From assembly GCF_006345805.1 (NCBI RefSeq), contig NC_043007.1, positions 15,748,001 to 15,812,000 of the forward strand: a DNA stretch of 64,000 nucleotides, read 5' to 3'. The notes beneath the pieces were generated by a model. That model did no database searches. It was given only the letters and a program-made list of their open reading frames with translations, and had not been told where the DNA came from. Of this stretch, positions 52,627 to 64,000 are shown piece after piece. Each line of letters opens with the position of its first letter. Within the stretch, counting starts at the first letter, position 1. A program made the translations under genes and the position numbers. Source of the stretch: Octopus sinensis. Taxonomy: Eukaryota.

Positions 52627-54224
52627 TTGGGAACTTTCAAAGAATAAGAGAGATAATTTCAAAGAATTAATACTTACTCGCACAAGATTAATTTACATGC
52701 TTCGGAGAAAAATCTATATATTTATAGGGAATTATATCCTATATTTTTAAAGAGATTTTATTGAGAAGCAGTATTGCTGACTAAATCACCATTAATATAT
52801 TAGTATATATATTTGTCTGACACTAACTGGATGAAAGATAAATTTAATCCCAATGGTATTTGAACTTACAATGTGAGATCACGTAACTAAAAACGATATT
52901 GTGATTTCATTGAGCACTTTACTATTCCCGCCACACCACCACTCCGAGTTATTTCGGTATTTCCGTATATTGCTACAATTTTTAATGTCTTCGATATTTG
53001 CCTTACACGCTGCTTTTCTGATTGATCCGTAAACTAATCTATAACGTTAACCGCCTCAAATACTTTGATATTAACACATTTCATATAATCCTCTCGCAGT
53101 TCTTACATCAAACAAGCTTCTCTTCGTCAACAATTACGTCATCAATTCCTACGACTTCAATGCGTTATGTACGTACAAAGCTACAAAGCTACAAAGCCAC
53201 TAAACAAACCGCTTTCATTAACAATATCTATAACCTATAAAGAACACATACATTGAAACTTCACTCATTGCCATCAAAGACATATAGGATTCTGCGTTCC
53301 TATAACTTCACGCTTGTTTGCTTCATATGGTCGACACTTCTCTCTCATATAATAACAATTCCGCTGAGTATATTTGCTTGAAATGTAGGATGGGAATTGA
53401 ATCGCGAAATTCGAATTAAAACCGATGTAAAAGAGCAAACTAAATTGGGTAGGACATAATTTTGAGTAAAGAGCAATGCGTTTGTTGATTATTGTCAAAG
53501 AATGTGAACTACACTAACTTTCTGGACTTATTGGCTTTGTATACGTATTTCTGAAAAGTAACGGTGACCTAAGCTGTTTCTGAATGCATTTTGTTAGATT
53601 TGAGAAAGAAATAAAGCTCAGAGTATATCGCGATACTATGATACAGTTGTTATAAATAAACGATTAACGCCGACCGATACCCTGTGAATGAAATTTGGTT
53701 GACGGAAACTGTGGGGGTGTTCGTCGTGTGTCTGTGTGTGTGTGTGTGTGTGTGCGTGCGTGCGTGGTGTAGTGGCAGAAAGCGAGAGAGGTGGTAATGT
53801 AGATAAGCACATTTAGGATTGACACATATATACATATATATATATATATATATAGGCACATTTATCTACATATATTCAGAAAAGAAACACATAGATACGT
53901 GTGTGTTTGTTTGTGTGTGTGTTTGTATGTGTGCGTGTGCATGTGTGTGCGCGTTTGCATGTGTGTGCGCGTGTGCATGTATGTGCGCGTGTGTGTATAT
54001 TTACATGGAGCGCAAGAGATACGAAATACTATGAAGAAAATACATGATTTCATAACTCGCCAGCTGTTTCAGGAAATTCGAAGATGTGTAATAATGGTAA
54101 GAGTCATAAAATATCTTTCAGTTAAGTACTGGGGTCGATGTAATCTTACCCCTCGCCCAAACTTGCTGGTCCTGTGCCAAAATTGGAAATCAATATTTAT
54201 GGTGAATACTTATGGTGAATTGAC

Positions 54225-54497
54225 TCATAGGGCCGGTTCCCGGTTTCCTTGGCGTATAGGTTTCTTACCTGGACGGGACGCCGGTCCGTCGTAGGTGGGT
54301 TGCAAGATGCAGAAGGAAAGAGTGAGAGAAAGTTGTGGCGAAAGAATCAGCAGAAATTCGCTATTACCTTCTGCCGGAGCCATGTGGAGCTTAGGTGTTT
54401 TCGCTCATAAACACACACACCGCCCGGTCTGAGATTCGCACCCACGATCCCTCGACCGCAAGTCCGCTGCTCTAACAACTAGACCATGTGCCTCCAC
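54225..54497 (-). mobile_element. SINE family C variant
   Basis: Reverse complement matches 30126-30415. Confidence 0.85.
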
Positions 54498-55294
54498 GGA
54501 AGAGAAATATAGTCGGTTAAATTGATTCTAATATCGACTGGCACATTACTGTATTCAACAAGTGGAGATGCAAGATCAAGTCGAAGTTGGCGATATTTGA
54601 CCACATGACATAAAGTTATATTAATCACATTCTACAAATCATTTTATCTGGCAACCTTCCGATCTTAACATATTCCTAATAATAACTTATTCTTTTAGAA
54701 TTTTGGCACTTTGCCTTTCATCCGTCCTGCAGTTGTGGGAACCGTCACACTTTCCTTTGCCTCCAACATATGGACGAGTTTGAGCGTGGGTCTATTAACC
54801 TCTTATCAATTACCAGGCTAAAAACCTGTTCATGAATTCAGATGGGAATAGTCGGTTAAATGAAGCGCAGTATTTGACTGGTTCATTCATTTAATCGATT
54901 GAGGAAGTATGAATGGTTCGATATCAGTGTGATTTGAACAGAGGAAATTAAAAACTGGAAGTAGTACCTCGAAACATTTTTTTCTTCTTATGATTCTGAC
55001 GATAACCCACTGTAGGCAGATTGCAAGATATTAAGTGGGAGGGAGTTATTCGATTATATAAACCCCAGTATTTGACTGCACTATAATTTAAGGACTTCCA
55101 AGTAACCTGTTCTACTATAGGCACAAGAACTGAAAATTTGAGGGCCGGAGGGTAGTCCATTACATCGCACCCTGTGCTCATGTGGTATTTATTTCATCAA
55201 CCTCGAAAAAATGAAAATGCAAAGTTGGCCTCGACAGAATTTTAGCTCAGAGCAAAAAGACAGATGAACTGTCACTAAGCGGCGTGTCAACGAT

Positions 55295-55515
55295 TCTTAT
55301 TTCTTTATTGCCTACAAGGGGCTACACACAGAGAGGACAAACAAGGACAGACAAACGGATTAAGTCGATTATATCGACCCTAGTGCGTAACTGTTACTTA
55401 TTTAATCGACCCCGAAAGGATGAAAAGCCAAGTCGACCTCGGCGGAATTTGAACCCAGAACGTAGCGGCAGACAAAATACCGCTAGGCATTTCGCCCGGA
55501 GTGCTAACGTTTCTG
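55295..55515 (-). mobile_element. SINE family A (older degenerate copies also at about 55070-55290 and 55540-55920)
   Basis: Reverse complement of family A. Confidence 0.9.
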
Positions 55516-55971
55516 CAGGAAGTAAGTCGCATACAAAGAATTACTCTTTGATTGGTAATTACTTTATCGACCTCGGAATGATAAATTCAGTATTGACTTC
55601 GACAGACTTTGAACTCAGAATGTAGATAACCTGAATAAATATCGCAAAGCATTTTTCTCGGTGATCAAGCGATTTGGCTAATCCATCATCCTTAATAAAA
55701 ATGATGAATTCAAATTTTGGTTCTGGACCAGCAAATTTAGGCGAAGGGGTAAACCGATAACCTCGACTGTAGGGCTCAGCTGCTTCTTATATTACTGAGC
55801 CCGTGAAAGGAAAAGGATGAAATGTAAAGTTAACCTCGGCGAAATGTGAACTCAGAATGTAAAAAGCCGGAGTAAATACTGCTATGACTTTTTTGTCCGA
55901 CGTCCTGAATCTGCCACCTAGTCGCTTATCCTTAACAAAGAGATCAATCTTACTTTTCATCCTTCCAACCT

Positions 55972-56019
<48 letters not shown>

Positions 56020-56764
56020 GCTCACTCTTTCATAATCGGCTACAATGCACTGTGAGCAGATAGTAGGGAACCATCACACTCTTTGCCTCTAGTAAATGGG
56101 CGACTTTTTTAGCGTTGACCAAACAACTTATTATCTAGAGACTGCTCAAAAAGCTATCCAGGAAACAAAAGATTTGCGGGCGAGAACAGTTCGATTTACA
56201 GAATAACACAGAACTGTTAACCCTACTCATACCAGCACGCTTGAAACTGACCTTCGTTCTACGATACAAATTTTCTGATTTAAAGTGGCCTAAATTAAAA
56301 CCTTCGAACAAAATTTCATGTCCATTTATATTGCCAACACCAGCAATAGCAATAAATTCTTCCTTATTTTCCAAAAAATTAATATAAAGGCAGACCCTTT
56401 CAACATAACTATTGTAACATTTTGTTATAATATTTATACTAAGAGATTAAAGTACTCTATTGTAATAAACAATTTAGAAATGTAAGATCACATCCTATAG
56501 TGTTGAATTTATTTATACCATCAATGCAGACATTAAAAGCTGAAAAAATAAAAAGCCAAGCATCCAATACGTATGGTTAAAGAGTATTCCACTTAACCTC
56601 GAAATAGCTGCGCCTAGGCTGTTGGCGGAAAGCAGTATTGCTATCAATTAATACAAGAACTGAGAATAGAATTTTGCAGCAAGACTATAAAATATGTTTA
56701 AAACAAAATACACTTACGTATTAATTTAATTTATATTTGAATATGCTTTCGTTTGATGTACTTT

Positions 56765-56829
<65 letters not shown>

Positions 56830-58023
56830 TGTATGTATGTATGTATTCTCTTCTAAATCCTTCTGTAATCGAAGCTAATTAAAATACCATGTAGAACAAA
56901 TCTGTCTGTCAATTCACTAATAATAGGTATTTCTCTTATATCCTCTATTCGTTCGCTATTCTTAATTCAGCGACATTTTTTCTCATAACAGCTCAGCGTC
57001 GCAATGATTTCAGTAACAAATTGCTATTTTTTAAAATATTTTTCGAAACTTTTACACCAGACCTTGTTAACATTTAAGCTAAATGGCTACTTTAGTTTTA
57101 AAACCGTAATCACAAAAAAGTAAAAGTTATACAAAACTAAAAAGAGATATAAAAACAATTTAGCTCTTTTCTCTAAAAATTTAGAATAAATTTAAAGCTT
57201 AGAAATTCGCTAAAATTCTCTTCTCCATTAAGAGATTGGATATTCCTTGAAAGGAATGCAAAAATTTGATTGTTATTTCTAACATCTTTCTGAGTGAAAT
57301 CTATTGATTTCCTTTACAAGAAAATAAAAAATGCATTATAGCCTGAAGAAATCAATTATATAATGACGATTTCGCCGATAACGAAGCTGAGACACTCGCC
57401 TTTCTCTATCTAACTTTACAAATCTGCTTCATCTTTTTTTTTTTTTTATTAATTCCTTTTCTTTTTTCTAAAAAAAAAAAGAAAAGAAATTTATTTATTT
57501 ATAACGGAACAATTAAAAGCTTCCTTTAATTCACTTTCTAATGTTCATCGAATTTAAGTGTGGCGGGGTTGGAAATCAGTGTTCCAGATATTGCACCGTA
57601 TTGCCTGAGAAAACTGTAGATGAAAGGTTCTCAAAATTAATTAGCTGCATAATATTAAATTATGAAATTCATTTGTAATCACCCAGCAAGCTACATTTGT
57701 TTCCGACGTATGCTCTTTAAAAGTACTCTTATAGAAAGTGTAAATACTCCTGGGGCAGGGAGTATAACAAGTATAGTCAGAGGTATTGATTAGGAATAAT
57801 AGATTTAGAGTCATCTTTCCGTGCAAACAATTAGAAATTATTCCATTAATGAGTTCCGTTGCATTAATAAGTCTGTAGTACCTGACAGAACCTTTTCTTT
57901 GTAAATATATCGTGAATGTCCAAAACTTCACCCAAGCATAATTTACTTGTAAGAATAGGAAGGGTTTGGATCATACTTATCCCACAGTGGTAATGGTACA
58001 AAGGTACAATAATTATAATTTCA

Positions 58024-58441
58024 AAGGCGGCGAGCTGGCAAAAACCTTAACACGCCGGGCGAAATGCGTAGCCGTATTTCGTCTGCCGTTACGTTCTGAG
58101 TTCAAATTTCGCCGAGGTCGACTTTGTCTTTCATCCTTTCGGGGCCGATAAATTAAGTACCAGTTACGCACTGGAGTCGAAAAGATCGACTTAATCCATT
58201 TGCCTGTCTTTGTTTGTCCTCTCTGTGTTTAGCCCCTTGTGGGTAGTAAAGAAATAGGTATTTTGTCTGCTACTACGTTCTGAGTTCAAATTCCGCCGAG
58301 GTCGACTTTGCCTTTCATCCTTTCGGGGTCGATAAATTAAGTACCATTAACGCACTGGGGTTGATGCAATCGACTTAATACCTATGTCTGTCCTTGTTTG
58401 TCCCCTCTATGTTTAGCCCCTTGTGGGCAACAAAGAAATAG
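58024..58441 (+). mobile_element. SINE family A tandem dimer inside one 15-bp TSD
   Basis: CAATAATTATAATTT at about 58007 and 58442. Confidence 0.95.
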
Positions 58442-58939
58442 CAATAATTATAATTTTAATTTTTGTATTTCGAATTCCATGATGCTTACACAAAATAATA
58501 ATTTATTCGGATTTTTTAAACAAAGTCAGTAATTTGAAGGGTGGGTGCAGTGGATTACATTGACACACCAGTGTTCAACTGGTATCATTTTACCGATTCC
58601 AAATGAATGAAAGGCAACTTCAATCGCAGGGGCATTAGAACTCAGAACATGATCAAACGAAAGAAATATTGCGAAGCGGTTTGCACAGAACAGTAATGAT
58701 TCCCCCCGATCGCTGCTTTATGCTTATGCAAAATAATAACACTAACGATAGTTTTCAGAAAATATAAAATTTAGTCAAACAAGTGTTTTTTTTTTTTTTG
58801 TAAATTTATTTTAAAATATTATACTAATAGCGATGAAAATGTATAAGTATTAATTGATTATACATGTAACATGTTAATTAATTCCATTATGATCGTGACC
58901 AAGCAACAAATGAGAATATTCTTAGTATTGATATTCTTT

Positions 58940-59200
58940 CCTACTCTAGGCACAGGGCCCGAAATTTTGAGTGAGGGGGCCAGTCGATTATATCGACCCC
59001 AGTAACCAACTGGTACTTAATTTATCGACTTCGAAAGGATGAAAGGCAAAGTCGACCTCGGCGGAATTTGAACTCAGAACGTAACGGCAGACGAAATACC
59101 TATTTCTTTACTACCCACAAGGGGCTAAACACAGAGAGGACAAACAAGGACAGACAAACGGATTAAGTCGATTATATCGACCCCAGTGCGTAACTGGTCC
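58940..59200 (-). mobile_element. SINE family A, headless partial dimer with two different tails
   Basis: Reverse complement of family-A bodies. Confidence 0.85.
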
Positions 59201-59254
59201 TTATTTATATGTGTGTGTCTATATATGTATATACATTTTTTCGCTCTTCTCAAT

Positions 59255-59543
59255 CCTAGCCAGGCTCATGGGCCCGGTTTCCTAGTTTCTGTGGCGCATG
59301 TGTTCCCCCCAGCTGGACGGGACGCCAGTCCATTGCAGCGTTACTCAAGAAACAGGAAGAGAGACTGAGAGAAAGTTGTGGCGAAAGAGTACAACATGCC
59401 TCGCCACCACCACCTGCCGGAGCCTCGCGGAGCTTTTAGGAGTTTTTCGCTCAATAAACACACAGAACGCCCAGTCTGGGAATCGAGACCGCGATCATCC
59501 GACCGCGAGTCCGCTGCCCTAACCACTGAGCCATTGCGCCTCC
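59255..59543 (-). mobile_element. SINE with family-C head/body and family-D tail
   Basis: GGAGGCGCAATGGCTCAGTGGTTAGGGCAGCGGACTCGCGG head; tail GAAACCGGGCCCATGAGCCTGGCTAGG shared with the next copy. Confidence 0.85.
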
Positions 59544-59564
59544 TAAATAATAAATGAGCCCTTT

Positions 59565-59800
59565 TTAAAGCCTAGCCAGGCTCGTGGGCGCGGTTTCCCG
59601 GTTTCTATGGCGTATGTGTTCCCCAGCTGGACGGGACACCAGTCCATGGCAGCGTTACTCATTTTTGCCAGCTGAGTGGACTGGAGCAACGTGAAATGAA
59701 GTGTTTTGCTCAAGAACACAACTCGTCACCCGGTCCAAGAATCACAACGACAATCTTGGGGCCATGGTACTGACACCCTAACCACTGAGCCACGCGCCTC
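59565..59800 (-). mobile_element. SINE family D
   Basis: GGAGGCGCGTGGCTCAGTGGTTAGGG head; GTTCTTGAGCAAAACAC..GCTCCAGTCCACTCAGCTGGCAAAAATGAGTA core. Confidence 0.85.
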
Positions 59801-59864
59801 CACATATATGTATATGTGTGTATCTGTGTATGTATATATATATGTGTGTGTGTATATATATATA

Positions 59865-59899
<35 letters not shown>

Positions 59900-59901
59900 T
59901 T

Positions 59902-61009
59902 TCAATTAGTCAATTTAGGGTAGCAAAAAATCAATAGAAATTATCGCTACCAGCGGCCTAGTGGAAAAGAGAAAATAGTCAAGACTAAATATAAAATATA
60001 ACAATTTAGGAGTGACCTTAACTGGCCATTCGTCCACCAGAAGAGCAGCCATAACTCACACCGCCAAGTAGTAGTAATTCAGAAATTAGGTGAAAATTTA
60101 AAAACATTTACCCTAATCATCTTTTAACGATGCATCGTTCTGTGTTATTAATGATAAATTAGCTTAATTAAATTAAATTAAGCTAATCTACCATAGGTCA
60201 CACTTCATCAGTAAAAAACCTGGGAGAGACAAATATACACGAGGCGTCTGTATCGATGCCTCCGGAATATCTGTCTTAAAATTTTCAAGACCGACGTATT
60301 CGCGCCAAACTTATCAGCAGTAATATAAACTGCCGATTCAATCTCAGAATTATTCAGAAAATTATCAATTAGTCAATTTAGGGTAGCAAAAAATTCATAG
60401 AAAATTTATCGCTACCAGCGGCCTAGTGAAAAGAGAAAATAGTCAAAGACTAAATATATAAATATAACAATTTAGGAGTGACCTTAACAGGCCATTCGTC
60501 CACCAGAAAGAGCAGCCATAACTCACACCGCCTAAATTGTTATATTTATATATTTAGTCTTTGACTATTTTCTCTTTTCCACTAGGCCGCTGGTAGCGAT
60601 AAATTTCTATTGAATTTTTGCTACCCTAAATTGACTAATTGATAATTTTCTGAATAATCTGAGATTGAATCGGCAGTTTATATTTACTGCTGATAAGTTG
60701 GGCGCGAATACGTCGGTCTTGAAATTTTAAGACAGATATTCCGGAGGCATCGATACAGACGCCTCGTGTATATTTGTCTCTCCCAGGTTTTTTACTGATG
60801 AAGTGTGACCTATGGTAGATTAGCTTAATTTAATTAATTAAGCTAATTTAATCATTAATAACACAGAAACGATGCATCGTCTAAAAGATGAATTAGGGTA
60901 AATGTTTTTAAATTTTCACCTATATTCTGAATTACTATACTTGGCGTGTGTGAGTTATGGCTGCTATTTCTGGTGGACGAATGGCCTGTTAAGGTCACTC
61001 CTAAATTGT

Positions 61010-61013
<4 letters not shown>
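59902..61013. mobile_element. Hammerhead-bearing 463-bp unit in tandem (about 1.36 units) + inverted (about 1.03 units) arrangement, embedded in (TA)n; Penelope pLTR/retrozyme-like
   Basis: TCAATTAGTCAATTTAGGGTAGC at 59902 and 60365; 60531-61013 is the reverse complement of the unit and starts and ends at CCTAAATTGTTATA. Confidence 0.8.
60790..60886 (+). ncRNA. Type I hammerhead ribozyme motif with extended helix II
   Basis: TTTTA (helix I)-CTGATGA (60795)-A-GTGT..[12-bp hairpin ATTAGCTTAATT/AATTAAGCTAAT]..ACAC-A-GAAA (60866)-CGATGCATCG (palindromic helix III)-TC|TAAAA; predicted cut after 60881. The minus-strand copy at about 60122-60216 lacks two single bases. Confidence 0.72.
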
Positions 61014-61045
<32 letters not shown>

Positions 61046-61711
61046 ATATGTTTGTGTGTGTGTGTGTGTACATATATGCATGGTGTGGTATAAATATTTC
61101 CATTGCGTGATGTGTGTGTGTGTGTGTTTGAATGCATATTATTGTCAGCGTATTTTCTTGCCTATTCGTGTTTCTTGGTCTTCGTGTGGCAGGTAAAGTA
61201 TTTGTGGGCTGTCCTTACATATTCATTAACCCCTCAGTCACATTGACATTAGGAAATAATTAATTAGCAATTGAGGTCGTTCTGCATCTAAATATGGATA
61301 TACCAGCTTCTGGTGGATCACTGTATAATTAACATCAATTGAGCAAGTAAGTTCAGATAAAGGGCTTCGGTGAATATTAGAGAAATAGCTTTTGTCGAAC
61401 TGTCCTCTAATAGTTCAGAAAATGAATAGCTTTCATTTTCGTAGATTAAATTTCTCAAGATGAAATTACGCATGAAGTAATTATTATTAAGTTTCTATTT
61501 ATCGGTGTATAAGAACGCATCTGGCCGAAATTATAGCATGCAATGGCTGGAGTTATGGTTGTTGTTGTTGTTGTTGCTGCTGTTATTATTGCTGCTGTTG
61601 AGCCCCAGGTCAAAATTTATTGAGCAGACCTATGATCGAAGTTAATCCTATCATTATCAAACCATCTGTTTGTATATTTAGAATTACATTGTCAAAGAAA
61701 CCTTTATACAG

Positions 61712-61745
<34 letters not shown>

Positions 61746-61752
<7 letters not shown>

Positions 61753-62130
61753 GAAAAAAACCCACCTTTTATCAATTCAAAATGAATAATTAAATTACAC
61801 CATCTAGAACATTACATATAATAGAAAAGTTAAAATTAAAATAACAATTAAAAAGTAAAGATTTAGTAAATTACAAGTATAATTACTTATTATATACATT
61901 ACATTATTATTGTAATTTACTTACTCTTTACTTTTTAATTGTTATTTTAATTTAAATATTTCTATTATATGTAATTTTCTAGATGGTGTAATTTAATTAT
62001 TCATTTTGAATTGATAAAAGGTGGGTTTTTTTCTAATATTTTATATATATTATATTGTGTGGAATTTGATTTAGTATTTCTAAATTGAATTCTTTTTCCT
62101 TGTAAGTTTGGATTTTATTTCCTCAAATAA
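61746..62130. mobile_element. TA-embedded foldback (arms of about 130 bp plus one-sided extension), diverged relative of family F
   Basis: AATATTAGAAAAAAACCCACCTTTTATCAATTCAAAATG.. and its reverse complement; extension GTAAGTTTGGATTTTATTTCC shared with family F. Confidence 0.8.
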
Positions 62131-62178
<48 letters not shown>

Positions 62179-62546
62179 GAGAGAGAGAGAGTAGCATTTC
62201 CTCCATCTTTACGTTCTGAGTTCAAGTGTCACCGAAGTCGACTTCGCTTTTCATCGTTACGGGGTCGTTAAAATAAGTATCAGTTGGATACGGAGGTCTG
62301 TGTAATCGACCTATCCCCCCCCACCACCGAAAAGCTTGGCCTTCTGACAAAATTTGAAACCAATACATATGCAAACGTATCTTCCTGAACTTTTATGATA
62401 GACTCACTAACGACGAATGCTATGGTGACATAATTCACTATAAAACTATCTGAAAGTGACGAATGCCATTTAAACTATCCGGCCGTTATCCTTCATTTCT
62501 TCTCGTGCAGAACTGTAGAGTAGGGTCAGCCTGCATTTATTTAAGT

Positions 62547-63065
62547 CAGGGGTGAAGAAACCCACGCCCGCCGGTGCAATTTCGCCCGCGAGCTTATTCT
62601 ATTTCACCTGCAGGCTTGTATACTTGTATGTACAAAATGTATTAAATTTTTCAATTAGAAAATTTATACAAAATTCGTATGTCAATTTGCAACATAGGTC
62701 GCCTTTCCACTAGGACTTAAAATGGTTAGACTCAAACAGAAATCATCCAGCAATTACCATTTGAATGGAAATTTTGTTATCACTATAAAACACATATTGC
62801 TATGTTTGTACCAACCCCTTAAGACCCAACTACACTCTAGCTGAAAAATGTAGAATGCCTCATAAGTAATATAAACATCCTAAATTCAGTGGCGGCGTTA
62901 ATGAAGTTGTTACGCGTTAATTTAATGTCTTAAAATTATCTTTATTATACGTACATAGATGTATACAAGATTTACACAGATATAAGGGCCAGAACGTGGG
63001 ATCCGCCAGCGGACTTTTCCTTTGGAAATTTTTGCCCGCCGCGCTAAAAAGTTTCCCCACCTCTG
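62547..63065. mobile_element. hAT-type non-autonomous element
   Basis: TIRs CAGGGGTGAAGAAAC / GTTTCCCCACCTCTG; 8-bp flanks ATTTAAGT / ATTTACGT; GC-rich subterminal CCCGC motifs. Confidence 0.8.
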
Positions 63066-63272
63066 ATTTACGTCATAGTAATTGCATTTTCCGTCTGCTT
63101 CTTATTGGACTACGTCCATGCTGAGGGCACCAACTTCAAAGGTTTAAATTGATTATAGTGTCATTAGTACTTGTTTGATTAATGTTGCAAGGGACACAGC
63201 AAACTATTATTTTGTTAAGAATAATCAGTCTTTGTTAATGATTAAAGTTAATTCAATGATTTTCGTTACCTA

Positions 63273-63465
63273 AAGGCGGCGAGCTGGCAGAAACGTTAGC
63301 ACGTCGGGCGAATTGCGTAGCCGTATTTCATCTGCCATTACGTTCTGAGTTCAAGTTCCGCCGTGGTTGACTTTGCCTTTCATCCTTTCGGGGTCGATTA
63401 AATAAGTACCAGTTACGCACTGGGGTCGATATAATCAACTTAATCCGCCTGTCTGTCCTTGTTTG
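63273..63465 (+). mobile_element. SINE family A, 3'-truncated
   Basis: Canonical head and body, ending abruptly at GTCCTTGTTTG. Confidence 0.92.
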
Positions 63466-64000
63466 ACTTTAGTGACGTATATATATATATATATATATTT
63501 ATTATTTTTTGTTTTTTATATTCGTGTGGCACCGTCCGTTTTGCTGCCCCTGTGTTCGTATGCATTCGATCCTTCTTCCAGGAAATCTACGCTCCTAGCT
63601 TAGTTTTTCTAATGCTCGTTGCTTAGTTTTTCCTGGAGGGCTGGCCGGTTCTAGTAATCTGAAGATTAATCAGCCGAAATTACTACGATGATCCGGTTCT
63701 TGACTGAAGACTGAGGGCTTCGAATGTCCTGTCTGTGTTTGTTGTATCGTCTTCTAAGTTTTTATGCGTTCTTGTCTCAGTTTGTATTTTTCTACATATC
63801 ATAATATATATATATACGTACGTCACTAAAGCGACTGAGCGCGCAATTCAGCACCATTATTCTAGAAATAAGAGCCAAAACAATTCATAGCCACAATAAT
63901 GCACTATCTTTTATCAGTAAATAAGACCGTGCGCTTATGAGTTGCTTTGCATCTTGTATCTAGCAATACTGGTGCTGAATAGCTCCATCGGTCGCTTTAG

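Noticed and set aside
56100-57500. AT-rich stretch considered as a mitochondrial insertion or rRNA fragment
   Set aside because: No recognisable mitochondrial gene, tRNA or rRNA motif.

Overview
Very AT-rich, microsatellite-saturated eukaryotic DNA with no host protein-coding exon or structural RNA gene that I can support. The SINE repertoire and composition point to an octopus (coleoid cephalopod) genome; this is inference, not a database result. One 100-N scaffold gap lies at 42333-42432. The window is mostly mobile DNA. It holds several tRNA-headed SINE families (A-D, about 35 copies) and LINE fragments of the R4/Dong, Tx1/L1, CR1 and RTE types. It also holds a decayed Penelope-like element (RT plus GIY-YIG), a Tc1 transposase pseudogene, a decayed AcademX-like transposase, two non-autonomous Helitrons, a hAT MITE and several other MITE/foldback elements. 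Most ORFs in the supplied track are microsatellite artefacts. The most interesting signal is a set of microsatellite-embedded, head-to-head 'tandem + inverted' repeats (348-bp and 463-bp units) that carry type I hammerhead ribozyme motifs with palindromic helix III. Several smaller foldbacks have symmetry centres on a hammerhead 3' half, suggesting a Penelope-driven retrozyme-like system. Second, three kinds of microsatellite-associated retroelement are visible: TAA-associated Dong, GATA-embedded Tx1 and TA-embedded hammerhead repeats. One Dong copy has a 5' junction reiterated nine times.
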